Shown: positions 43,175-52,246 of the stretch, one piece after another
Position numbering within the stretch: position 1 is the stretch's first letter
Layout of the letters: each line of letters starts with the position of its first letter
DNA from: Candidatus Limnocylindrales bacterium
Lineage (GTDB): Bacteria > Chloroflexota > Limnocylindria > Limnocylindrales > CSP1-4
Assembly (NCBI GenBank): GCA_035699445.1
Contig: DASSPX010000031.1
Location: forward strand, 10,570-74,569
DNA: 64,000 nucleotides
Reading direction: 5' to 3'
Program-made: the position numbers and the translations under genes
Notes under the pieces: model-generated
Seen by the model: the letters and a program-made list of their open reading frames with translations, nothing else
Databases searched by the model: none
Told to the model about the DNA's origin: nothing

Positions 43175-43196
43175 CGGCTGCGATCAGCCAGGGCGG

Positions 43197-43409
43197 TCAG
43201 ACCGCGGTGACTTCTCGAACGTTGCTGGCGCGCGGGCCCTTGGGGCTGTTCTCGATGTCGAACTCGACGGTCTCGCCGCCGAACAGGCGATCGAAGTCGA
43301 TCGTCCCGCGAACCTCGCTGCGGTGGAAGAAGAAGTCCTTGCCGTCCTCGGCGGTGATGAAGCCGAAGCCCCGATCCGCGACGACCTTCTTCACTCGGCC
43401 GGTGGTCAT
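43197..43409 (-). CDS. cold-shock domain protein (CspA family)
   Basis: 70 aa with RNP-1 'RGFGFI' and RNP-2-like 'DFFFH'. ATG at 43409 within ORF 43197..43685. Confidence 0.9.
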   Translation of the reverse strand: MTTGRVKKVVADRGFGFITAEDGKDFFFHRSEVRGTIDFDRLFGGETVEFDIENSPKGPRASNVREVTAV

Positions 43410-43503
43410 GGGGTGACCCTTTCCCTCGAACTCGATTCCGTGCTGCACGGTCCGTTCGAAGGGGGCCACGCGACGGACGCCGGCGTTCGGCGACCCGCGC
43501 ATT

Positions 43504-44763
43504 CTACCCCCGATCGGCAACGAGCCCGGCGGACGGCACGGGCGGCGGCTCCGCGGGCGCGACAAGCGAGTGCCGTCGGACGAGCAGGAGGGCCAGTCCG
43601 ACCACCGATGCCAGCGCGGCGACGGCGAACGCCGCCCCGTAGCCGCCGGCGCTTGCGGCAACTCCCAGGACCACCGGCCCGGCACCGAGGGACAGGTCCC
43701 AGAACACGCTGGCCGTGCCCACGACGCGCCCGCGCTCGTCCACGGGGACCCGCGCGACGGCGACCGAGAGGAGCGCCGGGACGAGGAACGCCACGCCGGT
43801 GGCGAACACGAGCGTGCCGATGACGATCCCGGCGGTGGTCGGCACCAGCGCGAAGATCGCCAGCCCGGCGCCGCCGATCCCGAGTGCCGCGCCCGAGACG
43901 CGCACCGCGCCGAACCGGTCCGGCCACGTCGCGCCGACGATCCGGAGCGCGATCACGACGACCGCGTACGCGAGGAACGGCAGCGCGACGCCGTCCATCC
44001 CGGCCTCGTCGCCGTACAGCGGCAGGAACGTGAAGAACGCCGCCATCCCCACGAGGCCGAGGAACGAGATCACGCCGGGTTCGATGCCCGCCGGGTGGAT
44101 GAGTCGCGGCGGCCGGCGGCCGGTCCGGACGACCGGGCGCGCGTCGGTCTGGGCGTCCGGCCGCGCGTCGGCCGGCTTCGTCTCGGGCGCGAGCACGGAC
44201 AGGACGATGGCCACGACGCCGATCACGGCTCCGGCGAGCCAGACCCACGCATACGAGGACAGCTGGAGCAGGGTCTCGCCGATCCACGGACCGAACGCTA
44301 CGCCCAGGTAGAGCGTCAGCGAGCCGTAGCTGAGCGATTCGCCCCGTCGGGACGGCGGCGCGAGGTCCGCGACCGCGGCGATGAACGCGACGAGGAAGAA
44401 CGCCTCCGCCGCGCCGAGCAGCGCCCGGGCGGCGACGAACACCGGCAGCGAGGACGCGAGGAGATGGAGCACGAGGGAGGCGACGTTGACGAGCGAGCCG
44501 ACCAGCAGCAGCGGGCGCCGCCCGAACCGGTCGGCCGACCAGCCGACGAGGGGTCGCAGCGCAAGGGCCGCGATGCTGAACGACCCGATCGCGAGGCCGA
44601 CGCCCAGCTCGTCCGCGCCGAGGACGTCCCGGGCGTAGCGGGACGCGACCGGAAGGACGACCCCGCCCGCGACGAAGAACGCGACGGCGGCGGCGAGGAG
44701 GACGAGGTATCCCGGGGTAACGAGCGAGGTGGGAGTGGCATCGGGTGCCGGGGCGGTGACCAT
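43504..44763 (-). CDS. MFS transporter
   Basis: 419 aa, 12 hydrophobic segments, 'ADRFGRRPLLLVG' loop motif. Confidence 0.85.
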   Translation of the reverse strand: MVTAPAPDATPTSLVTPGYLVLLAAAVAFFVAGGVVLPVASRYARDVLGADELGVGLAIGSFSIAALALRPLVGWSADRFGRRPLLLVGSLVNVASLVLHLLASSLPVFVAARALLGAAEAFFLVAFIAAVADLAPPSRRGESLSYGSLTLYLGVAFGPWIGETLLQLSSYAWVWLAGAVIGVVAIVLSVLAPETKPADARPDAQTDARPVVRTGRRPPRLIHPAGIEPGVISFLGLVGMAAFFTFLPLYGDEAGMDGVALPFLAYAVVVIALRIVGATWPDRFGAVRVSGAALGIGGAGLAIFALVPTTAGIVIGTLVFATGVAFLVPALLSVAVARVPVDERGRVVGTASVFWDLSLGAGPVVLGVAASAGGYGAAFAVAALASVVGLALLLVRRHSLVAPAEPPPVPSAGLVADRG

Positions 44764-44794
44764 GAGCGGCCGATGATAGGAAGGGGCTGTCGCA

Positions 44795-44956
44795 GCCGGG
44801 CTCGCGTTGCGGATGCGCCGCCGGGCGGCACATCTGACGACCGGCGCGGCGTTTGGCGCGCCGGGCGTGCCAAACGTCGACGGAGCGGGCCAGTGGGCGG
44901 GCGATCCGGCCGAATCGGGAGCGCTCCGTCATCAGGTGCGCCGCTGGCCGCGCCAA
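44795..44956. repeat. copy 1 of a ~160-bp non-coding direct repeat
   Basis: Aligns without gaps to 46849-47010 (about 136 of 152 core positions identical by hand count). The differences show no codon periodicity. Confidence 0.85.
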
Positions 44957-45098
44957 GGGCGACGTTGCGCTCCCGCCCCACGAACGCCGCCGCGCCCCGT
45001 CGCCGCCGTCCGGCGACCTCCTACACTCGGGACGCCGAGGGGACGGGCCGCGTGGCGCCCGGCTGCTCGGGGCCAGCATCCATTCGGGGGATCGCACC

Positions 45099-46835
45099 GT
45101 GACCGATCGACGGCGCCGCCCAGCGCGCCACCGCCTGCCCGCGACGCTCGTCCTCGCGGCCCTCGCGACCGGCATCGCCCCCGCTGCGACCATCGCGGCT
45201 GCCGCGCCGACCGCATACGCCGGCGACGCAACGGTCGCCGAGCCCACGGAGCGCACCGGCACCGTCGCCGTGGAGGTCCCGGTGACGCTCGCCCCGTCCG
45301 CGGCGGGCAGCGTGAGCGTCAACTGGCGAACCGTCGCCGGAACGGCGGGAACCGCGGACTTCCTCGGTAGCAGTGGCGTCCTCACGATCCCCGCAGGTGC
45401 CCACGGCGGCGCGATCGTCGTCCACGTCCGGGCGGACCGCGTGACCGAGGGGACCGAGTCGTTCGCGGTCGAGCTGACGGGCGCCGCCGGCGCAACCCTG
45501 GGCGACGCGCACGGCACGGTGACGATCACGTCGTCCACGTCGGGGCTCTCGCTGGGCGACGCCGCGTTCACGGAGCCGGACGGCGGCAGCCTGACGATCG
45601 GCGTGTCCGCCACCCTCGCCGCCGCGGCCAGGAAGGACGTCACGTTCGGCTGGCAGCTGCGATCCGTCACCGGCACGGTCGGCTCCGATGCGCCCGCGGC
45701 GAGCGGCACGGCCGTGATTCCGCGCGGCTCGCTGGGTACGGTCGTGCGCCTCTCCGTGAGCGGCGACACCGCGGTCGAGCCGGATGAGACGCTCGAGGTC
45801 GTCGTGACATCGATCGCCGGCGCGTCACTGGCCGACGGCATCGGTTCGATCACGCTGCGCAACACCGACGTGCCGCCTCCGCCCCCGCCCGATCCGTTCG
45901 GCTGGACCCCGCCCGCGGGCGCAGTGCCGCCGACCGGGACCGCGCTCTACGTCGAGAGCCCGGCGGGTGAGTACATCGGCCAGGGAGGCACGTATCTCTA
46001 CACGAAGGCGAACAGCCTCCTCGAGGTGTCGTCGGTCGGGTCGAGGGTCCATGTGTCCGTCGAGGGCGACGAGTGGTGGACCGGCGACTTCGCGCAGCCG
46101 AGCGGATCCGTCGTCGCGACGGGCTACTGGGAGAACCTCCGCCGCTACCCGTTCTTCGTGCCGGGGCTCTCGTTCAGCGGCGAGGGCCGTGGCTGCAACA
46201 CGCTCCTCGGCCGGCTCAGCGTCGACCAGGTCACGTACGACGGGTCAGCGCTCAGCACCCTCACGCTCCGGTTCGAGCAGCGCTGCGAGGGCACGGGCGC
46301 ACCGCTCCGCGGCTTCCTGCGCTACGACGCGGGCGACCCGACGACGCCGCCGCCGCCCGGCGACCCGGCGGCGTTCGCATGGCAGCCGCCGGCCGGCACG
46401 GTCCCTGCAGCGGGCAACTACCTCTACTTCGAGTCGTCACCCGGGGACCGGATCGGCCAGGGCCAGACGCGCCTGCACACGGAGGCGGACTCCACGTTCA
46501 CGCCCGACTGGGGCGGCCGGATCGTCCAGCTGTTCGTGAACGCGCCGGGCGGCTGGTCGGCCGAGTTCAGCGGGCCCGACGCGATGCCCCTGCTGACGCG
46601 CGGCCTGTACGAGAACGTCCAGCGCTTCCCGTTCCACAACCCGGCGAAGGGCGGGATGGACTTCAGCGGCGAGGGCCGGGGCTGCAATGAGGTCCTCGGG
46701 ACCTTCGCGGTGGACGAGATCACGTGGGACGGGACCGAGCTCGCCTCGGTGTCGATCCGGTTCGTCCAGCGCTGCGAGGTCACCGGCCCACCGCTGTACG
46801 GCGCGCTGCGCTGGCAGCGTCCCGCGGCGCCGTAA
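45099..46835 (+). CDS. secreted protein: 2 Calx-beta domains + 2 copies of an unknown ~160-aa Cys-containing domain
   Basis: GTG at 45099 gives an Arg-rich signal 'VTDRRRRPARHRLPATLVLAALATGIAPAATIAAAAPTAYA'. Calx-beta-like 'TAGTADF..GVLTIPAG..V..D..TEGTESFAVELTGAAGATLGD..GTVTI' x2. The C-terminal duplication carries 'FSGEGRGCN' and 'RF.QRCE.TG.PL.G.LR'. Confidence 0.75.
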   Translation: MTDRRRRPARHRLPATLVLAALATGIAPAATIAAAAPTAYAGDATVAEPTERTGTVAVEVPVTLAPSAAGSVSVNWRTVAGTAGTADFLGSSGVLTIPAGAHGGAIVVHVRADRVTEGTESFAVELTGAAGATLGDAHGTVTITSSTSGLSLGDAAFTEPDGGSLTIGVSATLAAAARKDVTFGWQLRSVTGTVGSDAPAASGTAVIPRGSLGTVVRLSVSGDTAVEPDETLEVVVTSIAGASLADGIGSITLRNTDVPPPPPPDPFGWTPPAGAVPPTGTALYVESPAGEYIGQGGTYLYTKANSLLEVSSVGSRVHVSVEGDEWWTGDFAQPSGSVVATGYWENLRRYPFFVPGLSFSGEGRGCNTLLGRLSVDQVTYDGSALSTLTLRFEQRCEGTGAPLRGFLRYDAGDPTTPPPPGDPAAFAWQPPAGTVPAAGNYLYFESSPGDRIGQGQTRLHTEADSTFTPDWGGRIVQLFVNAPGGWSAEFSGPDAMPLLTRGLYENVQRFPFHNPAKGGMDFSGEGRGCNEVLGTFAVDEITWDGTELASVSIRFVQRCEVTGPPLYGALRWQRPAAP

Positions 46836-46848
46836 GGGTCGCGGTCAC

Positions 46849-47010
46849 GCCGGGGTCGCGTTGCGGATGCGCCGCCGGGCGGCGCATCTGACGACTGGCG
46901 CCGCGCGTGGCGCGCCGGGCGTGTCAAACGTCGACGGCACGGGCCGCTGGGCGGGCTGTCCGGCCGAATGGGGAGCGCTCCGTCATCAGGTGCGCCGCGG
47001 GCCGTGCCAG
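46849..47010. repeat. copy 2 of the ~160-bp direct repeat
   Basis: Starts 14 nt after the Calx-beta gene stop. Contains a perfect hairpin ATGCGCCGC-cgg-GCGGCGCAT and the palindrome GGAGCGCTCC, both shared with copy 1. Confidence 0.85.
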
Positions 47011-47141
47011 CGGGCGCCGGGAGATCGGATCGAGCAGCCGCCCGTCGCTCGCGCGCGGACGGGTCGATCGCGCGGTGACCCAGCGCCCGCGCCAGCTGTC
47101 GCCCCCGCGCGGGCCGGGCGGAGCACGACGCCGCCCGACCG

Positions 47142-47759
47142 TCACTCGACGATCACGACCTCGAGCGTCCGCGGCCCGTGGACGCCCTCCACCCGCTGGA
47201 GCTCGATGTCGCTCGTCGCCGACGGGCCGCTGATCCACGTGAGGGGACGCGTCGGGTCGAGCCGTCCGAGCGCCTCCGGCACGGACCCGACGATCCGCTC
47301 GGTCGGCACCACGCACAGGTGGTAGTCCGGCAGGAGCGACAGTGCACGTCGCCCCTGGTCCGGGCTGCCGTCGAGGACGATCGTGCCGGTCTCCGCGATC
47401 GCGACCGCGCACCCGGTGAGCACCCCGTCGAGCCGGTCGAGCTCCGTGTGGGACAGCGCGGGCACGTCACCCACCGCCTCGACGGCCGTGGCGGACAGCC
47501 AGGCCGGGTCCACGCCACCGGGCACGACGATCCGGCGGGCGCCGCGTCGGGCGAGCGCGTCGGCGACGACGGACGGCAGCTCCGCCGCTCCACAACGGTG
47601 GATCAGCGCCCGGTAGTCGGCCAGCCGATCGGCGAGCAGCCCGACGAGGTCGACGCGGTCGTCGGTCGTCGTCCGGTAGGCGCGCGGGACGTCGGGCACC
47701 GGCGGCAGGTCCGCGAGCGACGCCCGGATCCGGTCGAGAATCTCCTCGCGCGCGGTCAC
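47142..47759 (-). CDS. lutC: lactate utilisation protein C (LUD domain)
   Basis: GTG at 47759 (GTGA overlap with the lutB stop). 'GCAVAIAETGTIVLD' and '..LPDYHLCVV' are typical of LutC/YkgG. The upstream 2.5 kb of the 1044-aa ORF is spurious. Confidence 0.85.
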   Translation of the reverse strand: MTAREEILDRIRASLADLPPVPDVPRAYRTTTDDRVDLVGLLADRLADYRALIHRCGAAELPSVVADALARRGARRIVVPGGVDPAWLSATAVEAVGDVPALSHTELDRLDGVLTGCAVAIAETGTIVLDGSPDQGRRALSLLPDYHLCVVPTERIVGSVPEALGRLDPTRPLTWISGPSATSDIELQRVEGVHGPRTLEVVIVE

Positions 47760-49285
47760 TGCGGCCGGCCCTTCGCGCGACGCCACCACCGCCGGAACGA
47801 CACCCGCGCCGGGGCGCGCAGATCCCGGGCCCGGAACCACGCGCCCGCGAGGCCGGGCAGCCGCAGCCGGCCCAGCAGACCGCGGCGAGCCATGGGCGCG
47901 GCGGCAACCCCCGCGAGCCGCTCCGCCGCCGCCAGCCGGCCCGGACCCCCCAGCGCCGCCCCGAGCGAGCGCATGAGCAGCGCCTCCTGGGACAGGGTCC
48001 GCTGCCGCCAGCCGTGCTGCTGCACGACCTGCGCGCGGAGATGCACGAGCACCTCCGGGATGTCGATCCGGACCGGGCACACCTCGAAGCACGCGCCGCA
48101 CAGCGAGGACGCGTAGGGCAGCGAGGCCGTCTGCGCATCGACCGGATGTCGGGCGATCCCGCGCAGCTGCGGCGTGAGGATCGCGCCGATCGGACCGGCG
48201 TACGGCGACCCGTAGGCCACGCCCCCGGTGCGCTCGTAGACGGGGCACACGTTGAGGCAGGCGGAGCACTTGATGCACCGGAGCGCCTGCCGGCCGACCG
48301 GGTCGGACAGCGTGTCGGTGCGCCCGTTGTCGAGCAGCACGAGGTGGAACGCCTGGGGCCCGTCGCCCGGCACGACGCCGGTCCACATCGTCGTGTACGG
48401 GTTCATCCGCTCCGCGGTGGACGAGCGCGGCAGCAGCTGGAGGAACACCTCGAGGTCCTGCCAGCGGGGCAGCAGTTTCTCGATGCCCATCACCGTGATC
48501 AGCGTCTCGGGCAGCGTCAGGCACATCCGGCCGTTGCCCTCCGACTCGACGACCATCACGGTGCCCGTCTCGGCGATCGCGAAGTTCGCCCCGGAGATCG
48601 CGACCCGGGCGCGCAGGAACTTCTCGCGCAGGTGGAGGCGGGCCGCCTCGGCGAGCACCGCGGGCTCGTCCGACAGGTCGTCCGGGGCCGGGCGCCCGAC
48701 GTGCGCCATCTCGCGCCGGAAGATGTCCCGGATCTCGCGCCGGTTGCGGTGGATCGCCGGCACGAGGAAGTGCGACGGGAGGTCGTGCCCCAGCTGGACG
48801 ATCAGCTCCGCGAGATCCGTCTCCCAGGCAGCGATGCCCGCGCGCGCGAGCGCCGCGTTCAGCTCGATCTCCTGGGTCGCCATCGACTTGACCTTGACGA
48901 CCTCGGTCGCGCCGGTCGCCCGGACGAGGTCGATGACGATCGCGTTCGCCTCGGCGGCGTCGCGCGCCCAGTGGACGACCCCGCCTGCCGCCGTCACGCG
49001 GTCCTCGAGCTGGACGAGCAGCTCGGGCAGCCGGGCGAGGGCCTCGTCCTTGATCGCGGCGCCCGCCAGCCGAAGCGCCTCCCAGTCGTCGCGCTCGGCG
49101 ACCGCCCGGGCCCGCCTCGTCCGGATCGTCGTGGTCGCGCGGTGGAGGTTCTCGCGCAGCTGGGCGTCCGCGAGGGCGGCCTCCGCGGCCTTCGGGAAGG
49201 GCGGCGTGCCGGCGAACGACGGGTGCGGCGCACCCGGCCCGGGATGGGCCCGTTGCGGTGTGGCTTTCCCCTGCGACTCGATCAC
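47756..49285 (-). CDS. lutB: lactate utilisation protein B (4Fe-4S ferredoxin-type)
   Basis: 'CIKCSACLNVCPVY' and 'CGACFEVCPVRIDIP' clusters plus a LUD-like N-terminal domain. The start (GTG at 49285) is uncertain. Confidence 0.85.
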   Translation of the reverse strand: MIESQGKATPQRAHPGPGAPHPSFAGTPPFPKAAEAALADAQLRENLHRATTTIRTRRARAVAERDDWEALRLAGAAIKDEALARLPELLVQLEDRVTAAGGVVHWARDAAEANAIVIDLVRATGATEVVKVKSMATQEIELNAALARAGIAAWETDLAELIVQLGHDLPSHFLVPAIHRNRREIRDIFRREMAHVGRPAPDDLSDEPAVLAEAARLHLREKFLRARVAISGANFAIAETGTVMVVESEGNGRMCLTLPETLITVMGIEKLLPRWQDLEVFLQLLPRSSTAERMNPYTTMWTGVVPGDGPQAFHLVLLDNGRTDTLSDPVGRQALRCIKCSACLNVCPVYERTGGVAYGSPYAGPIGAILTPQLRGIARHPVDAQTASLPYASSLCGACFEVCPVRIDIPEVLVHLRAQVVQQHGWRQRTLSQEALLMRSLGAALGGPGRLAAAERLAGVAAAPMARRGLLGRLRLPGLAGAWFRARDLRAPARVSFRRWWRRAKGRPQ

Positions 49286-49394
49286 GTCCCCAGAGGATCG
49301 CAGAAAGGAACCGAGCGAGATTGAACCGATCGACCACCGCCCTTGCTCTTTCTTCTGATCGGTCCACTCTGGGCCGATGCGGACGGAGGGACGG

Positions 49395-49949
49395 ATGCAG
49401 GACGAGCTGGTCCGCCAGGCACGGCAGGGCGACGCGGAAGCGTTCGATGCCCTGGCGCGCATGGTGGGCGACCGATGCCTCGCGATCGCGGTACGGATCC
49501 TCCGCGACCTCGATTTGGCGGAGGACGCGGTCCAGGCCGCGCTGATCACCGCCTGGATCGAGCTTCGTGCCCTGCGCGACCCGTCGCGCTTCGAGCCGTG
49601 GCTCCACCGCATCCTCACCAACGCGTGCTACGCCGAGGCCAGGCGTCGCCGGCGATGGTCCGACGGACTGCGGATCCTGCCCGTCGCGGGCACGCGGAGC
49701 CCGGACGAGTACCTGACCGTGGACGATCGCGATGCGCTCGAACGGGCCTTCCGGAGGCTCACAGCGGAGCAGCGAGCCGTCCTCGTGTTCCACCACTACC
49801 TGGGGCTCTCCATCCCCGAGGTGGCGGAACGAACCGGACTTCCCGTCGGGACCGTCAAGTCCCGACTGCATCACGCGACGCGGTCGTTGCGGGCCAGCCT
49901 CGACGCTGACTCGCGGTCGACCGCGGGCTCCCAGGAGCGAACGGCATGA
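49395..49949 (+). CDS. ECF sigma factor
   Basis: Region 2 'AEDAVQAALITAWIELRALRDPSRFEPWLHRILTNAC' and region 4 'SIPEVAERTGLPVGTVKSRLHHATRSL'. GGAGGGA lies upstream of the ATG at 49395. Confidence 0.85.
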   Translation: MQDELVRQARQGDAEAFDALARMVGDRCLAIAVRILRDLDLAEDAVQAALITAWIELRALRDPSRFEPWLHRILTNACYAEARRRRRWSDGLRILPVAGTRSPDEYLTVDDRDALERAFRRLTAEQRAVLVFHHYLGLSIPEVAERTGLPVGTVKSRLHHATRSLRASLDADSRSTAGSQERTA

Positions 49950-50830
49950 ACGAGCGTCGAGACCCTGACCGGCTGATCCACGACTTCCTCGCCGAAGGCG
50001 CGGTGCACCTGCACGACCAGGTCTACGACACCGTCCGTGCCGAAATCGAACAGCGACGACAGCGGGTCGTGATCGGCCCGTGGAGGATGCCCACCGTGAA
50101 CAAGCTCGTCCCCCTCGGCCTCGGCGCGGCCGCCCTGATCGCCGTGGTCTTCGCAGGCACCCAGCTCCTCGGCCCGCCCAGGCCGGGCGCGGTCGGGGGT
50201 GCACCCTCAGCGGAACCATCCGCCTCTCCGGCCGGCACGGCGCCTGCATCGGGCCTGGCGTTCGGCGAGCTCGCACCGGGATCGCACACCCTGTGGGAAC
50301 GGGGCGTCCCGATGACGGTCACGATTCCGGGCTCGGGCTGGTTCGGCCAGCCGGGCGACGGCATCCTCACGTGGAACGATCGCGCCGGGGCTCCGGACGG
50401 CGCCGGCATGATCGTCTTCGCAGGCCCGGAAGACCTGGTCGTCTACGGACACCCGTGCGACTGGTCCTCGTCCCGGCCAACGACGCCGCATGCCACGGTG
50501 GACGAGGTGGTCGCCGCGCTCGCTGCCCAGCCGCTGCGAAACGCCTCGACCCCGGCCGACATCTCGATCGACGGCCACGCCGGCAAGTCGCTCACGCTGC
50601 ACGTCCCGGACGACGCCGTGTTCGGCGACTGCGACCGCGGCGAATTCCGGACACTCGTCGAAGGCGCCGACGGGGCGCGCTATCACCAGGACCCGGGGCA
50701 GCACGACAAGCTCTGGGTCGTGGACGTCGACGGTCAGGTCGTCGTGATCGACATCGGGTACTACGACACGACCGACCCGGCCGTCGTGGAGCAGCTCGAG
50801 TCGATCGTCGGGTCGATCCGCTTCGAGTAG
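49946..50830 (+). CDS. single-pass membrane protein, putative anti-sigma factor with an extracytoplasmic domain
   Basis: ATGA overlap with the sigma gene. Short cytoplasmic N-terminus, one TM ('LVPLGLGAAALIAVVFAGTQLL'), and a ~200-aa external domain. No ZAS motif. Confidence 0.55.
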   Translation: MNERRDPDRLIHDFLAEGAVHLHDQVYDTVRAEIEQRRQRVVIGPWRMPTVNKLVPLGLGAAALIAVVFAGTQLLGPPRPGAVGGAPSAEPSASPAGTAPASGLAFGELAPGSHTLWERGVPMTVTIPGSGWFGQPGDGILTWNDRAGAPDGAGMIVFAGPEDLVVYGHPCDWSSSRPTTPHATVDEVVAALAAQPLRNASTPADISIDGHAGKSLTLHVPDDAVFGDCDRGEFRTLVEGADGARYHQDPGQHDKLWVVDVDGQVVVIDIGYYDTTDPAVVEQLESIVGSIRFE

Positions 50831-50845
50831 GCAGAGGGCCGTCCC

Positions 50846-52246
50846 ATGGGCGTCGCCTGGTTTGCCGGGCGCCCAGCGTCGCGCATCGGACTGCGTGCAC
50901 CGCTGCTCGGGCTCGCGGTCGCCATCGGGTGCACCTCCGGCTCCCCCGGACCGTCGTCGGTCCAGTCGCCGCCCCCGGCCGGGTCGCCGGTCGGAACCGC
51001 CAGCCTCGCCATCCTCGGCCGGGTCGTGACGCTCGACGAGCCGGCCACGGCCGAGGCGCTCTTCATCGAGGACGGCAGCGTGACCGCGGTCGGCACGCGG
51101 GACGAGATCCTCGCGCTGGCGGGCGACGGGGTCGCGGTCATGGACATCGGCGCGGGCGTCGCCTATCCGGGGTTCATCGACGCCCACGCCCACTGGATCG
51201 GCGACCGGGAGCACTACGGCCTCGCCACCCCCGGCGAGGCCATCGACGCCGCCCTCAGCCGCGGCTGGACCTCGATCAGCGAGCAATGGGTCAACCGCGA
51301 CCGCCTGGCCGAGCTGGAGGCGCTCGCCGCAGCGGACGCGCTGCCGCTCCGCGTCGACGCCTACCTCACGCTCAACGAGCCCGCGCCGGGCAGCGAGCAC
51401 TTCGGCGACTGGTATGCGGACCGCACGCCGGGGCCGGTGACGAGCCATCTCCGGGTCCAGGGCATCAAGATGCACCTCGACAACGGCTGGGGCACGATCT
51501 TCCACTGGGAGCCGGCCGATCTCACCGCGACGGTCGGCCGCGCCGACGCGGCCGGCTGGCAGGTCTCGATCCACACGGTCAGCACCGAGGCCCACGACAT
51601 GGTCCTCGACGCGTTCGAGGCGGCGATCGGACCCACCGGCCCGAACCCCCGCCACCACCGGATCGACCATGCGATCCAGGTGACCGACGAGCAGCTCGAG
51701 CGCATGGTCGCGATGGACCTTGTCACCGTTGTCCACCTCGATGGGGCCGCGGCAGACTGGGTGCTCGAGGAGGACTATCTCGGCCACTTCGGCCCGGACA
51801 ACCCGGGCGAGGAGGTCGGCTGGCTCGCGCGGTGGCGCGACTTCGTCGATGCCAGGCTCCACGTCGCCGCCGCCACCGACGCGCCGTGGATCTTCCCGGG
51901 CTTCGCCCTCACGGACGACATCGGCCGCCCGCTCGACCAGATCGCGGGCGGGATGGACGGCCGCGGCCGGGCGAACCCGGAGACGCCTCCGTGGGTGCTC
52001 GACCAACTGCTCACCGCAGAGCAGGGCCTGCGGGCGGTGACCCGCGACGCTGCCTACGCCCTGGGTGACGAGGCCCGTCGCGGGCATCTCGCCCCGGGTA
52101 CCGTCGGCGACGTCACGATCCTGAGCGGCGACGTGACCGCCGCGACCCCCGACGAGATCCGGGAGATGCGGGTCCTCGCCACGATCGTCGGCGGGGCCCC
52201 CGCCTACTGCGGCGACCCAGCGATCGGCTGTCAGCCGGCCGGCTGA
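50846..52246 (+). CDS. metal-dependent amidohydrolase (amidohydrolase-3-like) lipoprotein
   Basis: Lipobox 'LAVAIGC' and metal motif 'GFIDAHAHW'. Its 3' end overlaps the convergent lutA by 16 nt. Confidence 0.8.
   Translation: MGVAWFAGRPASRIGLRAPLLGLAVAIGCTSGSPGPSSVQSPPPAGSPVGTASLAILGRVVTLDEPATAEALFIEDGSVTAVGTRDEILALAGDGVAVMDIGAGVAYPGFIDAHAHWIGDREHYGLATPGEAIDAALSRGWTSISEQWVNRDRLAELEALAAADALPLRVDAYLTLNEPAPGSEHFGDWYADRTPGPVTSHLRVQGIKMHLDNGWGTIFHWEPADLTATVGRADAAGWQVSIHTVSTEAHDMVLDAFEAAIGPTGPNPRHHRIDHAIQVTDEQLERMVAMDLVTVVHLDGAAADWVLEEDYLGHFGPDNPGEEVGWLARWRDFVDARLHVAAATDAPWIFPGFALTDDIGRPLDQIAGGMDGRGRANPETPPWVLDQLLTAEQGLRAVTRDAAYALGDEARRGHLAPGTVGDVTILSGDVTAATPDEIREMRVLATIVGGAPAYCGDPAIGCQPAG

Noticed and set aside
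44795-47010. Repeat-flanked Calx-beta segment as an IS element, MITE or composite transposon
   Set aside because: There is no transposase or integrase, no terminal inverted repeats and no obvious target-site duplication. The repeats are direct and ~10% diverged. It is retained as an unexplained repeat rather than called a mobile element.
47760-50276. N-terminal 840 residues of the 1044-aa minus-strand ORF ending in lutC
   Set aside because: Only the last 205 codons (from the GTG at 47759) look like LutC. The rest overlaps lutB (another frame) and the plus-strand ECF sigma/anti-sigma genes, and is Arg/Pro/Gly-rich filler.
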